Shown: positions 1 to 9,226 of the stretch, piece after piece | Position numbering within the stretch: the first letter of the stretch is position 1 | Layout: the number at the start of each line of letters is the position of its first letter | Source of the DNA: an uncultured Acidimicrobiaceae bacterium | GTDB lineage: Bacteria > Actinomycetota > Acidimicrobiia > Acidimicrobiales > Ilumatobacteraceae | Length of the DNA: 63,490 nucleotides | NCBI GenBank assembly: GCA_903929185.1 | Contig: CAIYTS010000140.1 | Coordinates: forward strand, 1 to 63,490 | Direction of reading: 5' to 3' | Notes under the pieces: generated by a model | Seen by the model: the letters and a program-made list of their open reading frames with translations, nothing else | Told to the model about the DNA's origin: nothing | The model's database searches: none | Program-made: the position numbers and the translations under genes

Positions 1-522
1 ATCACAAACCTCATCACGACTCCTGGTCTTATCAACACGGACTTCGCAGACGTGAAGATGATCCTCACCAGCGCAGGTTCTGCTCTGATGGGAATTGGTA
101 TCGCCAGTGGAGACAATCGTGCAGTTGTTGCAGCAAAAGATGCGATTTCGAGCCCAATGCTCGAGGCAGCTATCGATGGTGCACGTGGCATTTTGCTCAA
201 TATCACTGGTCCATCCAGCATGGGTCTCTTCGAAGTCAACGCTGCAGCCGAAGTGGTTCACGGCGTTGCACATCAAGATGCAAACATCATCTTCGGAACT
301 GTTATCGACGATGAAATGGGTGATGAAATCAAGGTCACTGTTATCGCAGCAGGATTCGAACGATGGGATGCAGGTTCAAGTGGGTCATCCATTGGTACTC
401 GCACATCAACGCGACCAGCAGATGCACGGCCTTCAACGGGCAATGTTCGTGACATTTTCTCCGACAGCGATCCGTTGTCAGACGATGACGATGATTTCGA
501 CGTTCCGTCTTTCTTGAAATAG
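1..522 (+). CDS. ftsZ: Cell division protein FtsZ, C-terminal part (5' end lies outside the window)
   Basis: Frame 1 is open from base 1 ([33 protein letters not shown]...), which is typical FtsZ core sequence. It ends with a disordered linker and the conserved C-terminal peptide [12 protein letters not shown]; stop at 520-522. Confidence 0.95.
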   Translation: MTNLITTPGLINTDFADVKMILTSAGSALMGIGIASGDNRAVVAAKDAISSPMLEAAIDGARGILLNITGPSSMGLFEVNAAAEVVHGVAHQDANIIFGTVIDDEMGDEIKVTVIAAGFERWDAGSSGSSIGTRTSTRPADARPSTGNVRDIFSDSDPLSDDDDDFDVPSFLK

Positions 523-532
523 AAGTTCATAC

Positions 533-1186
533 ATGATCGACGCCAACGCGGTGGCCGATCGCGTGGCACACGTTCGTTCAGTTATCAATGACGCTGGTGG
601 GATTGATGTCTCGCTTGTCGCTGTAACAAAGTCTTTCGGAATTGATGCTCTCCGTGCTGCGGCGCAAGCCAAGTGCGATGCAGTGGGTGAGAACTACGCC
701 CAAGAGTTGCTGGAAAAGACAGCGCACGGTATGCCGTCCATTGATGTTCACTTCATCGGTGCACTGCAGTCAAACAAGGTGCGCTTGCTGGCGGGACACG
801 TTGCGTTGTGGCAATCCGTTGACAGGGAGTCAGTTGTCGATGAATTAGGACGCAGAGCTCCTGGTGCTTTCATCTTGATTCAGGTTGACACGACAGGAGA
901 GCCCTCTAAAGGCGGGGTGGTACCCACTCAATTAGACGCACTCAGAGAGCGAGCCGAGTCTCGTGGTCTGATCGTGAAGGGATTGATGACTATTGGCCCA
1001 ACTGATGGGACACAGCAAGAGTGTGAAAAATCATTCAGAATGCTGCGTCAACTGGTCAATGATCAAGGACTATCAGTCTGTTCTATGGGCATGTCAGCCG
1101 ATTATCCGATTGCAGTTGCGTGTGGATCCACAATGGTTCGGGTCGGAAGTGGTCTCTTTGGCGACCGAGAACGAGACACTCCTTAG
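533..1186 (+). CDS. yggS: YggS/YlmE family pyridoxal-phosphate homeostasis protein
   Basis: 217 aa with VAVTKS, GENYAQE, HFIGALQSNK and SMGMSADY...VRVGSGLFG motifs. It sits in the dcw-tail position after ftsZ. Confidence 0.9.
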   Translation: MIDANAVADRVAHVRSVINDAGGIDVSLVAVTKSFGIDALRAAAQAKCDAVGENYAQELLEKTAHGMPSIDVHFIGALQSNKVRLLAGHVALWQSVDRESVVDELGRRAPGAFILIQVDTTGEPSKGGVVPTQLDALRERAESRGLIVKGLMTIGPTDGTQQECEKSFRMLRQLVNDQGLSVCSMGMSADYPIAVACGSTMVRVGSGLFGDRERDTP

Positions 1187-1229
1187 ACGTGTCCCACATC
1201 TGCTATTCGAAGTGCATTAGCCTACGAAT

Positions 1230-1763
1230 ATGTCATTTTTCCGCCGTGCAATGGATTACCTCGGTCTGAGTGGGGAAGAAGCCTACGACGACTACGACAT
1301 GTCGATGGAGTACGAACGACCACAACGTGTCGGACGTCCTGCCCCCGACCAAGGTCGTCGCTCTAATTTTGATCCTGAGTACTCATCAGAAACACAGCGC
1401 CCAGCTGCTCGTCCGATGCGTGTCGATGACACCGGAGCTGCTCGTCGTCCTGATGATTCCGGTTTGCAAGTTCGTCCAGTTGGCACAGCACGCACGTCTC
1501 CGACTGTTCGCACCATTCCGACTGCCGGAGAAACTGTCACAGTTCGTCCTCGTAACTTCAATCAGGCGCAAGAAATTGCGGACCACTTCAAAGATGGTGT
1601 TCCCGTGATTGTGAATCTTGAAGGCGCTGATCGGGAGATGTCTCGTCGCATTATCGATTTCGCAAGTGGCATGTGTTACGCGCTCAGCGGCACAATGGAA
1701 AAAGTAGGCAGTGGCGTCTACTTGTTAAAGCCAGCTGTGAGTTTCGACTCACCTCGTTACTAA
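1230..1763 (+). CDS. sepF: Cell division protein SepF
   Basis: 177 aa. Pro/Arg-rich linker followed by a conserved C-terminal domain (FNQAQEIADHFKDGVPVIVNLEG...IIDFASG...GTMEKV). Syntenic between yggS and yggT. Confidence 0.9.
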   Translation: MSFFRRAMDYLGLSGEEAYDDYDMSMEYERPQRVGRPAPDQGRRSNFDPEYSSETQRPAARPMRVDDTGAARRPDDSGLQVRPVGTARTSPTVRTIPTAGETVTVRPRNFNQAQEIADHFKDGVPVIVNLEGADREMSRRIIDFASGMCYALSGTMEKVGSGVYLLKPAVSFDSPRY

Positions 1764-1772
1764 GGATTCATT

Positions 1773-2015
1773 GTGGAACTTGTGTGCGCTATTGCCAATA
1801 TCTATGTCCTGATTGTTGTTGCGCGCGCAATCTCAACGTTCTTTCCGATCTCTCCAGGTAGTCCGTTTCTTCCCCTTGTTGATTTCCTCTACAAGGCCAC
1901 AGAACCAGTGTTTACTCCCATTCGTCGCGTGCTTCCCACCATGGGGCCATTTGATTTCACACCGTTGGTGGTTCTCATTGGCGTTCAAATCCTCGCTCGC
2001 ATCCTTGGGTGCTGA
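1773..2015 (+). CDS. yggT: YggT/YlmG family small membrane protein
   Basis: 80 aa with two hydrophobic helices. Conserved position after sepF. GTG start. Confidence 0.8.
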   Translation: MELVCAIANIYVLIVVARAISTFFPISPGSPFLPLVDFLYKATEPVFTPIRRVLPTMGPFDFTPLVVLIGVQILARILGC

Positions 2016-2041
2016 GCCCCTTACGCCTCTAGCCTTACTGC

Positions 2042-5000
2042 GTGACGTATCCAAAGGTTGATCCTCAGCCAAATTTTCCACAAATGGAAGAAGGCGTGCT
2101 GGCACGTTGGGAACGTGATCAGACATTTGCAAAAAGTCTTGCTGCACGCCCTGTTGGCACCAATGGAGATAACGAATTCATTTTTTATGATGGTCCGCCG
2201 TTTGCAAACGGAATGCCTCACTATGGTCACTTACTCACCGGCTTTGTAAAAGATGCTGTACCGCGGTACCAAACAATGCGCGGTCGACATGTCGATCGTC
2301 GGTTCGGATGGGATTGCCATGGTCTCCCTGCAGAAGTAGAAGCTGAGAAGGAACTTGGTATTGCCGGTCATCCCGCAATAGCCGCTTTTGGAATTGACAA
2401 GTTCAACGATGCATGTCGCACCAGTGTGTTGCGATACACCGATGAGTGGCAGCGATATGTCACACGTCAGGCACGTTGGGTTGATTTTGAAAACGACTAC
2501 AAAACTCTCGACACCCCATACATGGAAAGTGTCATGTGGGCGTTTAAGACTCTGCATGACAAGGGTTTGATTTATGAAGGCTTCCGTGTTCTTGCCTATT
2601 GCTGGCGTTGTGAAACTCCGCTGTCAAATACTGAGACCCGTATGGATGACGTATACAAAGATCGTCAAGATCCAGCCCTAACTGTTTCGTTCTCCCTTGA
2701 TTCAGGCGAAAAGATTTTGGCGTGGACCACGACACCGTGGACTTTGCCATCCAACCTGGCACTCGCCGTTGGCCCAGACATTGATTACACGGTGCTTCAA
2801 CATCCCGATGGCAATACCTACATACTTGCTAGCGCTCGCTTGGGCTCATACGAAAAAGAACTTGAAGGTGCAGAAATACTGCGCACTGTGAAAGGTCGTG
2901 ACCTTGTTGGTCGTCGATACACGCCTATATTTCCGTTCTTTGCTGGCACAGAGAATGCGTTCCAAATTCTGGGTGCTGATTTCGTAACCACAGAAGACGG
3001 AACTGGTGTTGTGCATATGGCGCCTGGTTTTGGTGAAGACGACCAGAACGAATGCAATGCAGCGGGAATCCCCACATTGTGTCCGATGGACGAACACGGG
3101 TGCTACACGGCCGAAATCACCCCATGGGCTGGTCAGCACGTATTCGAAGCCAACTCTGACATCGTTCGCACTCTGAAAGACATGGGCATCGTTGTTCGAC
3201 ACGATTCCTACAACCACTCATATCCGCATTGTTGGCGCTGTGCCGAACCACTTGTGTATCGCGCTGTTTCGTCGTGGTTCGTAGAGGTCACAAAATTCCG
3301 TGACCGTATGGTGGAATTAAATGATCAAATCACGTGGTCGCCAGAGCACATTAAGGATGGCTCGTTCGGTAAGTGGATCGCTAATGCTCGTGACTGGGCA
3401 ATTAGCCGAAATCGATTCTGGGGTTCACCCATTCCCGTATGGAAGAGCGATGACCCGACCTACCCACGTCTTGATGTGTACGGAAGCCTTGCCGATTTGT
3501 CTCGTGATTTCGGTGTGGAAGTAACTGACCTGCACCGCCCAAATATTGATGAGCTAGTGCGACCAAACCCAGATGACCCAACGGGTAAGTCCATGATGCG
3601 TCGTGTTCCTGAAGTGCTTGACTGCTGGTTTGAGAGCGGCTCGATGCCGTTTGCTCAAGTGCATTATCCATTTGAGAATAGAGAATGGTTCGATAATCAC
3701 TATCCAGGTGACTTCATTGTTGAATACATCGGCCAAACGCGCGGATGGTTCTACACATTGCATGTTTTAGCAACGGCATTATTTGATCGTCCATCTTTCT
3801 TGTCGTGCATAAGTCACGGAATCGTCCTTGGTGATGATGGTGCAAAGATGTCGAAGAGTTTGCGCAATTATCCAGATCCGATGGCCGTGTTTGATTCTCA
3901 TGGTGCTGATGCGATGCGTTGGTACCTCTTGTCGTCGCCGATTCTGCGCGGTGGAGATTTCTCGGTCACCGAACAAGGAATGCGCGAAACAGTCCGTCAG
4001 GTGTTGCTACCACTCTGGAACTCGTATTATTTCCTCGCTCTGTATGCAAATGCTGATGAAGTGACTGGTGTTGTGCGGACTAATTCGTCGAATGTTCTTG
4101 ACCAGTACGTCCTTGCCAAACTCGCAGACTCGATTGAATCAGTCACCACCTCTATGGATGTGTACGACCTGTTCGCCGCATGCCAAACAATTCGAAACTT
4201 TCTTGATGTCTTGACTAACTGGTACATCCGTCGAAGCCGTGATCGGTTTTGGGCAGGGGACCAAGACGCCATCGACACGTTGCACACGGTGCTTGATTAT
4301 GTGGTGCGTATTGCTGCACCGCTTCTTCCGCTTGTAACCGACGAGGTATTCCAGGGGCTTCACGGAGCTGAGGCCGGAAGTGTTCACCTCACTGATTGGC
4401 CATCGTCCACTGAGTTGCCGCGTAATTCTGTTTTGGTAACAGCAATGGACATGGTTCGCGATGTTTGTTCGTCAGCATTGTCTGTGCGTAAAGCACATGG
4501 CCGTCGTGTTCGATTGCCACTCGCGTCACTCACTATTGCTGCTGCGAATGCAACATCGCTTGAAGGTTTCCTTGACATTGTTCGCGACGAAGTGAACGTG
4601 CGTGACGTTGTGCTCACTGCTGATGTCGATTCAATTGCGTCACACGAATTGCAAGTGGTGCCAGCAATTGTTGGTCCACGACTTGGACCACGCACTCAGG
4701 CGGTCATTGTTGCTGTGAAAAAGGGTGAATGGACTCAAGATGGCGATGTCATCAATGTTGCGGGCGAGTCGCTCCAGCCAGGAGAATATTCACTCAAATT
4801 GGTCACGCAAGCAGGTTCTGCCAGCGCTCCGTTGCCTGGCGGGGTTGGCGTTGTTCTGCTCGACGTCAATGTCACTGCTGAACTGGAAGCCGAAGGCTCT
4901 GCCCGAGACATCGTGCGTGCTGTGCAGCAGGCTCGCCGTGAAGCCGACCTTGATATCTCAGACAGAATTATTGTCACATTGTCCGTCGACGATCAGCTGA

Positions 5001-5137
5001 AGGCCCAGATCTTGCCTCATGTCGGACTCATTGCGGGCGAGACACTTGCCCTCGAAGTGCTCTTTGACGCAACCGGGGAGCGTCCCGTTGCGGTGGAGGG
5101 CGCTCTCATCGGGGTGTCAGTCGCACTCGCTAGTTGA
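2042..5137 (+). CDS. ileS: Isoleucine--tRNA ligase (long actinobacterial/type 2 form)
   Basis: 1031 aa with a HIGH-type motif (PHYGHLLTG), KMSKSL, the class Ia CP1 editing region and the tRNA-synthetase core. GTG start 26 nt after yggT. Confidence 0.97.
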   Translation: MTYPKVDPQPNFPQMEEGVLARWERDQTFAKSLAARPVGTNGDNEFIFYDGPPFANGMPHYGHLLTGFVKDAVPRYQTMRGRHVDRRFGWDCHGLPAEVEAEKELGIAGHPAIAAFGIDKFNDACRTSVLRYTDEWQRYVTRQARWVDFENDYKTLDTPYMESVMWAFKTLHDKGLIYEGFRVLAYCWRCETPLSNTETRMDDVYKDRQDPALTVSFSLDSGEKILAWTTTPWTLPSNLALAVGPDIDYTVLQHPDGNTYILASARLGSYEKELEGAEILRTVKGRDLVGRRYTPIFPFFAGTENAFQILGADFVTTEDGTGVVHMAPGFGEDDQNECNAAGIPTLCPMDEHGCYTAEITPWAGQHVFEANSDIVRTLKDMGIVVRHDSYNHSYPHCWRCAEPLVYRAVSSWFVEVTKFRDRMVELNDQITWSPEHIKDGSFGKWIANARDWAISRNRFWGSPIPVWKSDDPTYPRLDVYGSLADLSRDFGVEVTDLHRPNIDELVRPNPDDPTGKSMMRRVPEVLDCWFESGSMPFAQVHYPFENREWFDNHYPGDFIVEYIGQTRGWFYTLHVLATALFDRPSFLSCISHGIVLGDDGAKMSKSLRNYPDPMAVFDSHGADAMRWYLLSSPILRGGDFSVTEQGMRETVRQVLLPLWNSYYFLALYANADEVTGVVRTNSSNVLDQYVLAKLADSIESVTTSMDVYDLFAACQTIRNFLDVLTNWYIRRSRDRFWAGDQDAIDTLHTVLDYVVRIAAPLLPLVTDEVFQGLHGAEAGSVHLTDWPSSTELPRNSVLVTAMDMVRDVCSSALSVRKAHGRRVRLPLASLTIAAANATSLEGFLDIVRDEVNVRDVVLTADVDSIASHELQVVPAIVGPRLGPRTQAVIVAVKKGEWTQDGDVINVAGESLQPGEYSLKLVTQAGSASAPLPGGVGVVLLDVNVTAELEAEGSARDIVRAVQQARREADLDISDRIIVTLSVDDQLKAQILPHVGLIAGETLALEVLFDATGERPVAVEGALIGVSVALAS

Positions 5138-5211
5138 AAAAAAGGCCGTTTTCGGCCGTAGCCTCACGGGGCAACACGGGCAGATGCCCGATGCAAGGAA
5201 GAGTGCTCATT

Positions 5212-6069
5212 ATGGCAACGAAAAAAAAGACCACCCCCGCTAAGAAGGTTGTCAAAAAGGCTCCTGCAAAGAAGGCACCAGCCAAAAAGACCCCTGCGAA
5301 GAAGGCTCCTGCAAAGAAAGCACCCGCCAAGAAGAAGGCAGCTCCTGCAAAGAAAGTTGTGAAGAAGGCAGCTCCTGCAAAGAAGGCACCTGCGAAGAAG
5401 GCAGCTCCTGCAAAGAAAGCACCTGCGAAGAAGGCAGCTCCTGTAAAAAAGGTAGTGAAGAAAGTTGTTCCTGCGAAAAAGGTTGTGAAGAAGGCAGCTC
5501 CTGCGAAAAAGGTTGTTCCAGCAAAGAAAGCTGCTCCTGCAAAGAAAGCAGCTCCTGTAAAAGTTGTTGCGCCGGCTCCTGTGGTTGTTGCTCCCGCACC
5601 AGCTCCTGTAAAAAAAGTTGCTAAGAAGCCAGAACCACCGAAGCGTCCTGTCATTGTGAAGGGACCATCGGAAGATGGCATCACTTCGTCAAAGGATTTT
5701 GACTTGAAGTTCCTCTTCGCACAACGTGAAGCACTTCAGGCAGAACGCATCAAGTTGGTTGGCCAGGCGAATCGTCTTGAGAATGAAGCAAACGCAATGA
5801 TTGCTGATGCTGAAATGGGCGATGTGAAGTTTGATGACGAAGGGGGCGAAGGAGACACCATGGTTGTCGAGCGCGAACAAGATCTTGTGCTGTCTGCTGC
5901 TGCTCGCCAAACGGTTGAAGAGATCGATGCATCCCTTGCTCGTATGAAAACTGGCGAGTACGGCTATTCCGTTGTTTCAGTCCTGCCAATTCCGAAGGAG
6001 CGCCTGCGCGCTATTCCTTGGGCGACAGAGCTTGTTACTGAACGTGCCGGTGGACTAGGACGCCGCTAG
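5212..6069 (+). CDS. Histone H1-like Lys/Ala/Pro-rich N-terminal domain fused to a DksA/TraR-like C-terminal domain (DdbA-like nucleoid-associated protein)
   Basis: The ORF track opens at 5134. I prefer the ATG at 5212 (MATKKKTTPAKK) because of the AAGGAAG SD about 10 nt upstream, and because 5134 would overlap ileS. Residues about 5-145 are PAKKA/VVKKA repeats. The C-terminus has a coiled coil with an acidic tip (DDEGGEGD) and GEYGYSVVSVLPIPKERLRAIPWATELVTER, which aligns to the DksA C4 finger but contains no Cys. It occupies the same slot (ileS -> lspA) as the Streptomyces gene I recall as DdbA. Confidence 0.75.
   Translation: MATKKKTTPAKKVVKKAPAKKAPAKKTPAKKAPAKKAPAKKKAAPAKKVVKKAAPAKKAPAKKAAPAKKAPAKKAAPVKKVVKKVVPAKKVVKKAAPAKKVVPAKKAAPAKKAAPVKVVAPAPVVVAPAPAPVKKVAKKPEPPKRPVIVKGPSEDGITSSKDFDLKFLFAQREALQAERIKLVGQANRLENEANAMIADAEMGDVKFDDEGGEGDTMVVEREQDLVLSAAARQTVEEIDASLARMKTGEYGYSVVSVLPIPKERLRAIPWATELVTERAGGLGRR
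5233..5640 (+). repeat. Coding low-complexity / tandem repeat tract (AKKAAPAKK units), including two near-identical 33-nt units at 5368-5400 and 5401-5433
   Basis: Direct reading: gcagctcctgcaaagaaggcacctgcgaagaag is followed by the same 33-mer with a single g->a change. Degenerate 15-33 nt relatives lie on both sides. Confidence 0.85.
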
Positions 6070-6085
6070 GCGTTCCAGCACATCT

Positions 6086-6574
6086 GTGTTCGCACTTCGC
6101 CGACAGGCGATTCTTATTGGTCTCGTGGTTCTTCTGGACCAGGTGACGAAATCATGGGCTGTCTCTGCATTGGATAACGGCCGTGTCATTCACGTTGTTG
6201 GATCTTTGCAGTTCTCACTTGGTTTCAATAGTGGCTTTGCGTTCTCTCAGGGGCAAGGCATTGGCCCGTTAGTTGGCGTGTTCGCGCTCGTTGCTGTTCT
6301 CTTTTTGTTACGAGCAGTGCGCAAGGCAACAACTCAATTGTCGGCACTGGCGCTGAGTGCCATTGTTGCGGGCGCAATAGGCAATATCGCTGATCGATTC
6401 TTTCGTGGTGAGGGTTGGTTACATGGTCGAGTCGTTGATTTCATCGACCTGCAGTGGTGGCCCGTGTTCAATGTTGCAGATTCATCGATCACTGTGGGGG
6501 CATGTGCGCTTATTGCTGCCATGCTGATGGAAGCACGTAACGGAAAAGGTGTTGACAACGCACATGAAAGTTGA
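6086..6574 (+). CDS. lspA: Lipoprotein signal peptidase (signal peptidase II)
   Basis: 162 aa, four TM segments, conserved GNIADR and VVDFIDL...FNVADS motifs. GTG start. Confidence 0.92.
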   Translation: MFALRRQAILIGLVVLLDQVTKSWAVSALDNGRVIHVVGSLQFSLGFNSGFAFSQGQGIGPLVGVFALVAVLFLLRAVRKATTQLSALALSAIVAGAIGNIADRFFRGEGWLHGRVVDFIDLQWWPVFNVADSSITVGACALIAAMLMEARNGKGVDNAHES

Positions 6575-7499
6575 AGAAACACTGCCATCGGCATTGAATA
6601 ATGAACGTCTCGACCGCATCGTGTCGTTGATTGCTGACATTTCTCGTACCGATGCCTCGAAACTGATTGCAAGCGGAGGCGCCACTGTTGATGGCGTACC
6701 AGCACCATCTGGCAAAGTCCGGTTACGCGAAGGACAAATTGTTGTCGTTGATCTCGACATGGTTCCTGTTGCTGAACCTCCTGGACCCGATGCAAGCGTC
6801 GTACTTGATGTTGTTTATGTTGATGACGACATCATTGTTGTGAACAAGGCAGCAGGAATTGTTGTTCACCCAGCATCAGGTCATGGTCTCGGAACATTGG
6901 TGAACGGTATTTTGGCGTTGTATCCCGAAGTAGCCGACGTTGGTCAACCTGCTCGTCCAGGAATTGTGCATCGTCTCGATGCAGGCACAACAGGAATGAT
7001 GGTTGTTGCGCGTTCACAACGTGCGTACGACTCATTAGTTGCAGCATTGACCGAACATGAAGTTGGTCGCGAGTACATCGCACTTGCATGGGGCCACTTT
7101 GATTCGCCAACTGCTGTCGTTGATGCTGCGATGGGACGTGACCCTCGTGATCCGATGCGAATGGCTGTCGTGCATAACGGCAAATGGGCGCGAACACATC
7201 TTGAAGTTGAGACCGAATTTAACCATCCCGCGATGTTGACATTGGTGCGATGCTCACTCGAAACAGGTCGTACACATCAGATTCGAGTGCATCTCGCTGC
7301 TGTTGGACACCCAGTTGTTGGCGATGCTATGTACGGTGGCGCAAAGTCAGCGTTAGTTGCACCGAGACCTATGTTGCACGCACGACGTTTGACATTGATT
7401 CATCCTGGTACCGGAGAAGAAATGTCTTTCGAAGCGACGTTGCCAGCTGACATGGCAGCAATTATCGCGAAGTGCTCGTTCGAGATTCCTGAGAAATAA
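6564..7499 (+). CDS. rluD: RluA-family 23S rRNA pseudouridine synthase (RluD-like)
   Basis: N-terminal S4-like region and the catalytic HRLDAGTTGMMVVARS motif. ATG 6564 is preferred; GTG 6549 is possible. It overlaps the lspA end. Confidence 0.9.
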   Translation: MKVEETLPSALNNERLDRIVSLIADISRTDASKLIASGGATVDGVPAPSGKVRLREGQIVVVDLDMVPVAEPPGPDASVVLDVVYVDDDIIVVNKAAGIVVHPASGHGLGTLVNGILALYPEVADVGQPARPGIVHRLDAGTTGMMVVARSQRAYDSLVAALTEHEVGREYIALAWGHFDSPTAVVDAAMGRDPRDPMRMAVVHNGKWARTHLEVETEFNHPAMLTLVRCSLETGRTHQIRVHLAAVGHPVVGDAMYGGAKSALVAPRPMLHARRLTLIHPGTGEEMSFEATLPADMAAIIAKCSFEIPEK

Positions 7500-7509
7500 T
7501 TTCCGCTGC

Positions 7510-7965
7510 TCAGTGAGAGTGCAGAGTGTTCTTCGGCCAGGGTCCAGTGCCAGTTGCAGCTGATGCAATTGTGGCAAGTGTGTAGTCGTTCAAGTGGTCA
7601 CGCATGTGGTGAGCCGCAACATCCCAAATAGCGAGCAAGACGCATTGTCCTTCATGGTCGCACGAACCATCTTGATGAGGTTGGCCAAAATCACCAAGGG
7701 TGATGGGGCCATCGACGGCAGAAATAATGTCGGAGAGACGAATGTCGCTTGGTGCTTTGGCTAATACGTAACCGCCGCCAACTCCGCGCTTTGAACGAAC
7801 AAGTCCGGCTCCTTTGAGAGCGAGAAGAATTTGCTCGAGATAGGGCTGTGGTAGCGCAGTGCGTTCAGCAATATCTCTGACAGAGGTCGGAAGTGCGGTC
7901 TCGGAATGGAGCGCTAGCGACAATAGGGCTCGACAGGCATAATCACCTCGCGTAGAAACTCGCAC
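7510..7965 (-). CDS. Rrf2 family transcriptional regulator
   Basis: 151 aa starting MRVSTRGDYACRALLSLA with wHTH (SVRDIAERTALPQPYLEQILLALKGAGLVRSKRGVGGGYVL). The C-terminal part has only two Cys (GSCDHEGQC). GTG start at 7965-7963. Confidence 0.9.
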   Translation of the reverse strand: MRVSTRGDYACRALLSLALHSETALPTSVRDIAERTALPQPYLEQILLALKGAGLVRSKRGVGGGYVLAKAPSDIRLSDIISAVDGPITLGDFGQPHQDGSCDHEGQCVLLAIWDVAAHHMRDHLNDYTLATIASAATGTGPWPKNTLHSH

Positions 7966-7982
7966 ATGACCATCGTAGGTGG

Positions 7983-9101
7983 TTGGATAGTGAGGTGAGT
8001 GTTCCGTCGCCAGTCCTGCCTAATTACGCCAATGGCTGCCTGTCAGGCATCGTTCCCGCGTTGTGTGCTCCAGGCGGGCCCAGAACTGTGCCTGCGTGGA
8101 TGCCTGCCACGGTGAGTGGGGCTCAGCGTGTCGTCGTTCTCCTCATTGATGGTCTCGGATGGAATCAATTGCAGACCCATACACACTGCATGCCGACACT
8201 GTCGGGTTTTGACGGTTCCTTCATCACCACGGTTGCTCCATCAACCACGGCGACGGCTCTGACCTCCCTCACCACTGGTTTGTCGCCAGGGGAGCATGGG
8301 CTTCTCGGATATCGCGTCGATATGGGCGACACAGTGATGAACGTATTGCGTTGGGGGGACGAGAACGGAGATTTACGTCGCCGGTATCCACCCAATCTGG
8401 TTCAACCCTGCCCGCCGTTTCTCGGTTCTCGAGTTCCCGTTCTCAGCAAGGGCGAACTGGAGGGAAGCGGATTCACGTTGGCACATCTCGCGGATGTGAA
8501 GCACATGGGGTGGCGCGCAGCAAGCAGTATCCCGGTGCTTGTTCGCAAAGCTCTTGACGCTGGTGAAGATTTTGTGTACGCCTACTACGACGGAGTCGAC
8601 AAGATTGCTCACGAACGCGGTTTTGGCGAGTTTTATGATTCAGAGTTGCGTGCTGCTGATGGAATCGTTGCAGATATTTTGTCTGTGTTGCCATCAGACA
8701 CTGTGTTGATAGTGACTGCAGATCATGGTCAAGTTCATGTTGGTGATAACACCATTGTTCCGCCACGTGAGATTGTGGATCTCGTCGACCATCAATCAGG
8801 TGAAGGCCGATTCCGATGGTTGCATGCAAAACGCGGACGTGCTGCGGCATTGCTCGATGCGTGTTCAATGTATGCAGATGTTGCATGGGTTGTATCTGGC
8901 GACCAAGTCATCGATGAAAAGTGGTTTGGGCCGCGTATGAGCGACGAAGTGAAACGCCGGGTAGGTGATGTGGCGCTCGTTGCTCACCAGCCTGTCAGTT
9001 TTGAAGAACCTCTCGATGGAGGGGCGTTTCCGTTGGTGTGCCGTCATGGGTCACTGACTGCGGACGAAATGTTGGTCCCTTTGCTCGCCAAGCGGGCATA
9101 A
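7983..9101 (+). CDS. Alkaline phosphatase superfamily protein (type I phosphodiesterase / nucleotide pyrophosphatase-like)
   Basis: 372 aa with VVLLIDGLGWNQL, a PSTTATALTSLTTGLSPGEHG nucleophile loop and VTADHGQ motifs typical of the AP superfamily. The exact start is uncertain (TTG 7983 or in-frame GTG 7995). Confidence 0.7.
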   Translation: MDSEVSVPSPVLPNYANGCLSGIVPALCAPGGPRTVPAWMPATVSGAQRVVVLLIDGLGWNQLQTHTHCMPTLSGFDGSFITTVAPSTTATALTSLTTGLSPGEHGLLGYRVDMGDTVMNVLRWGDENGDLRRRYPPNLVQPCPPFLGSRVPVLSKGELEGSGFTLAHLADVKHMGWRAASSIPVLVRKALDAGEDFVYAYYDGVDKIAHERGFGEFYDSELRAADGIVADILSVLPSDTVLIVTADHGQVHVGDNTIVPPREIVDLVDHQSGEGRFRWLHAKRGRAAALLDACSMYADVAWVVSGDQVIDEKWFGPRMSDEVKRRVGDVALVAHQPVSFEEPLDGGAFPLVCRHGSLTADEMLVPLLAKRA

Positions 9102-9226
9102 ACAACTTTCCCTGGCGTCTCTGATGCCGAGGGCACACCCGACTGCTAATTTAAGAACTCGCAGTGCAGTTCGCTTGCTTGTCGGCTTTGGGCCGTCAGT
9201 GAGTACAAAAGGAGTCGGGAAAGTTC

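Noticed and set aside
2016-2041. Possible T-box leader upstream of ileS, which is common in Actinobacteria
   Set aside because: Only 26 nt separate yggT from the ileS start, and the N-terminus ([17 protein letters not shown]) is complete. There is no room for a roughly 200-nt T-box.
5137-5157. Hairpin GGCCG-TTTT-CGGCC just after ileS, preceded by A8
   Set aside because: There is no downstream T-tract on the + strand. The A-tract would make it a terminator only for a minus-strand transcript, and no minus gene exists there. It is at best a weak or I-shaped terminator, so I did not call it as a feature.
5130-5684. 184-aa minus-strand ORF rich in FFAGAAFF repeats
   Set aside because: It is the reverse-complement mirror of the Lys/Ala (AAG/GCA) repeat tract of the + strand gene. 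It has no independent start context, and its composition is an artefact of the repeat.
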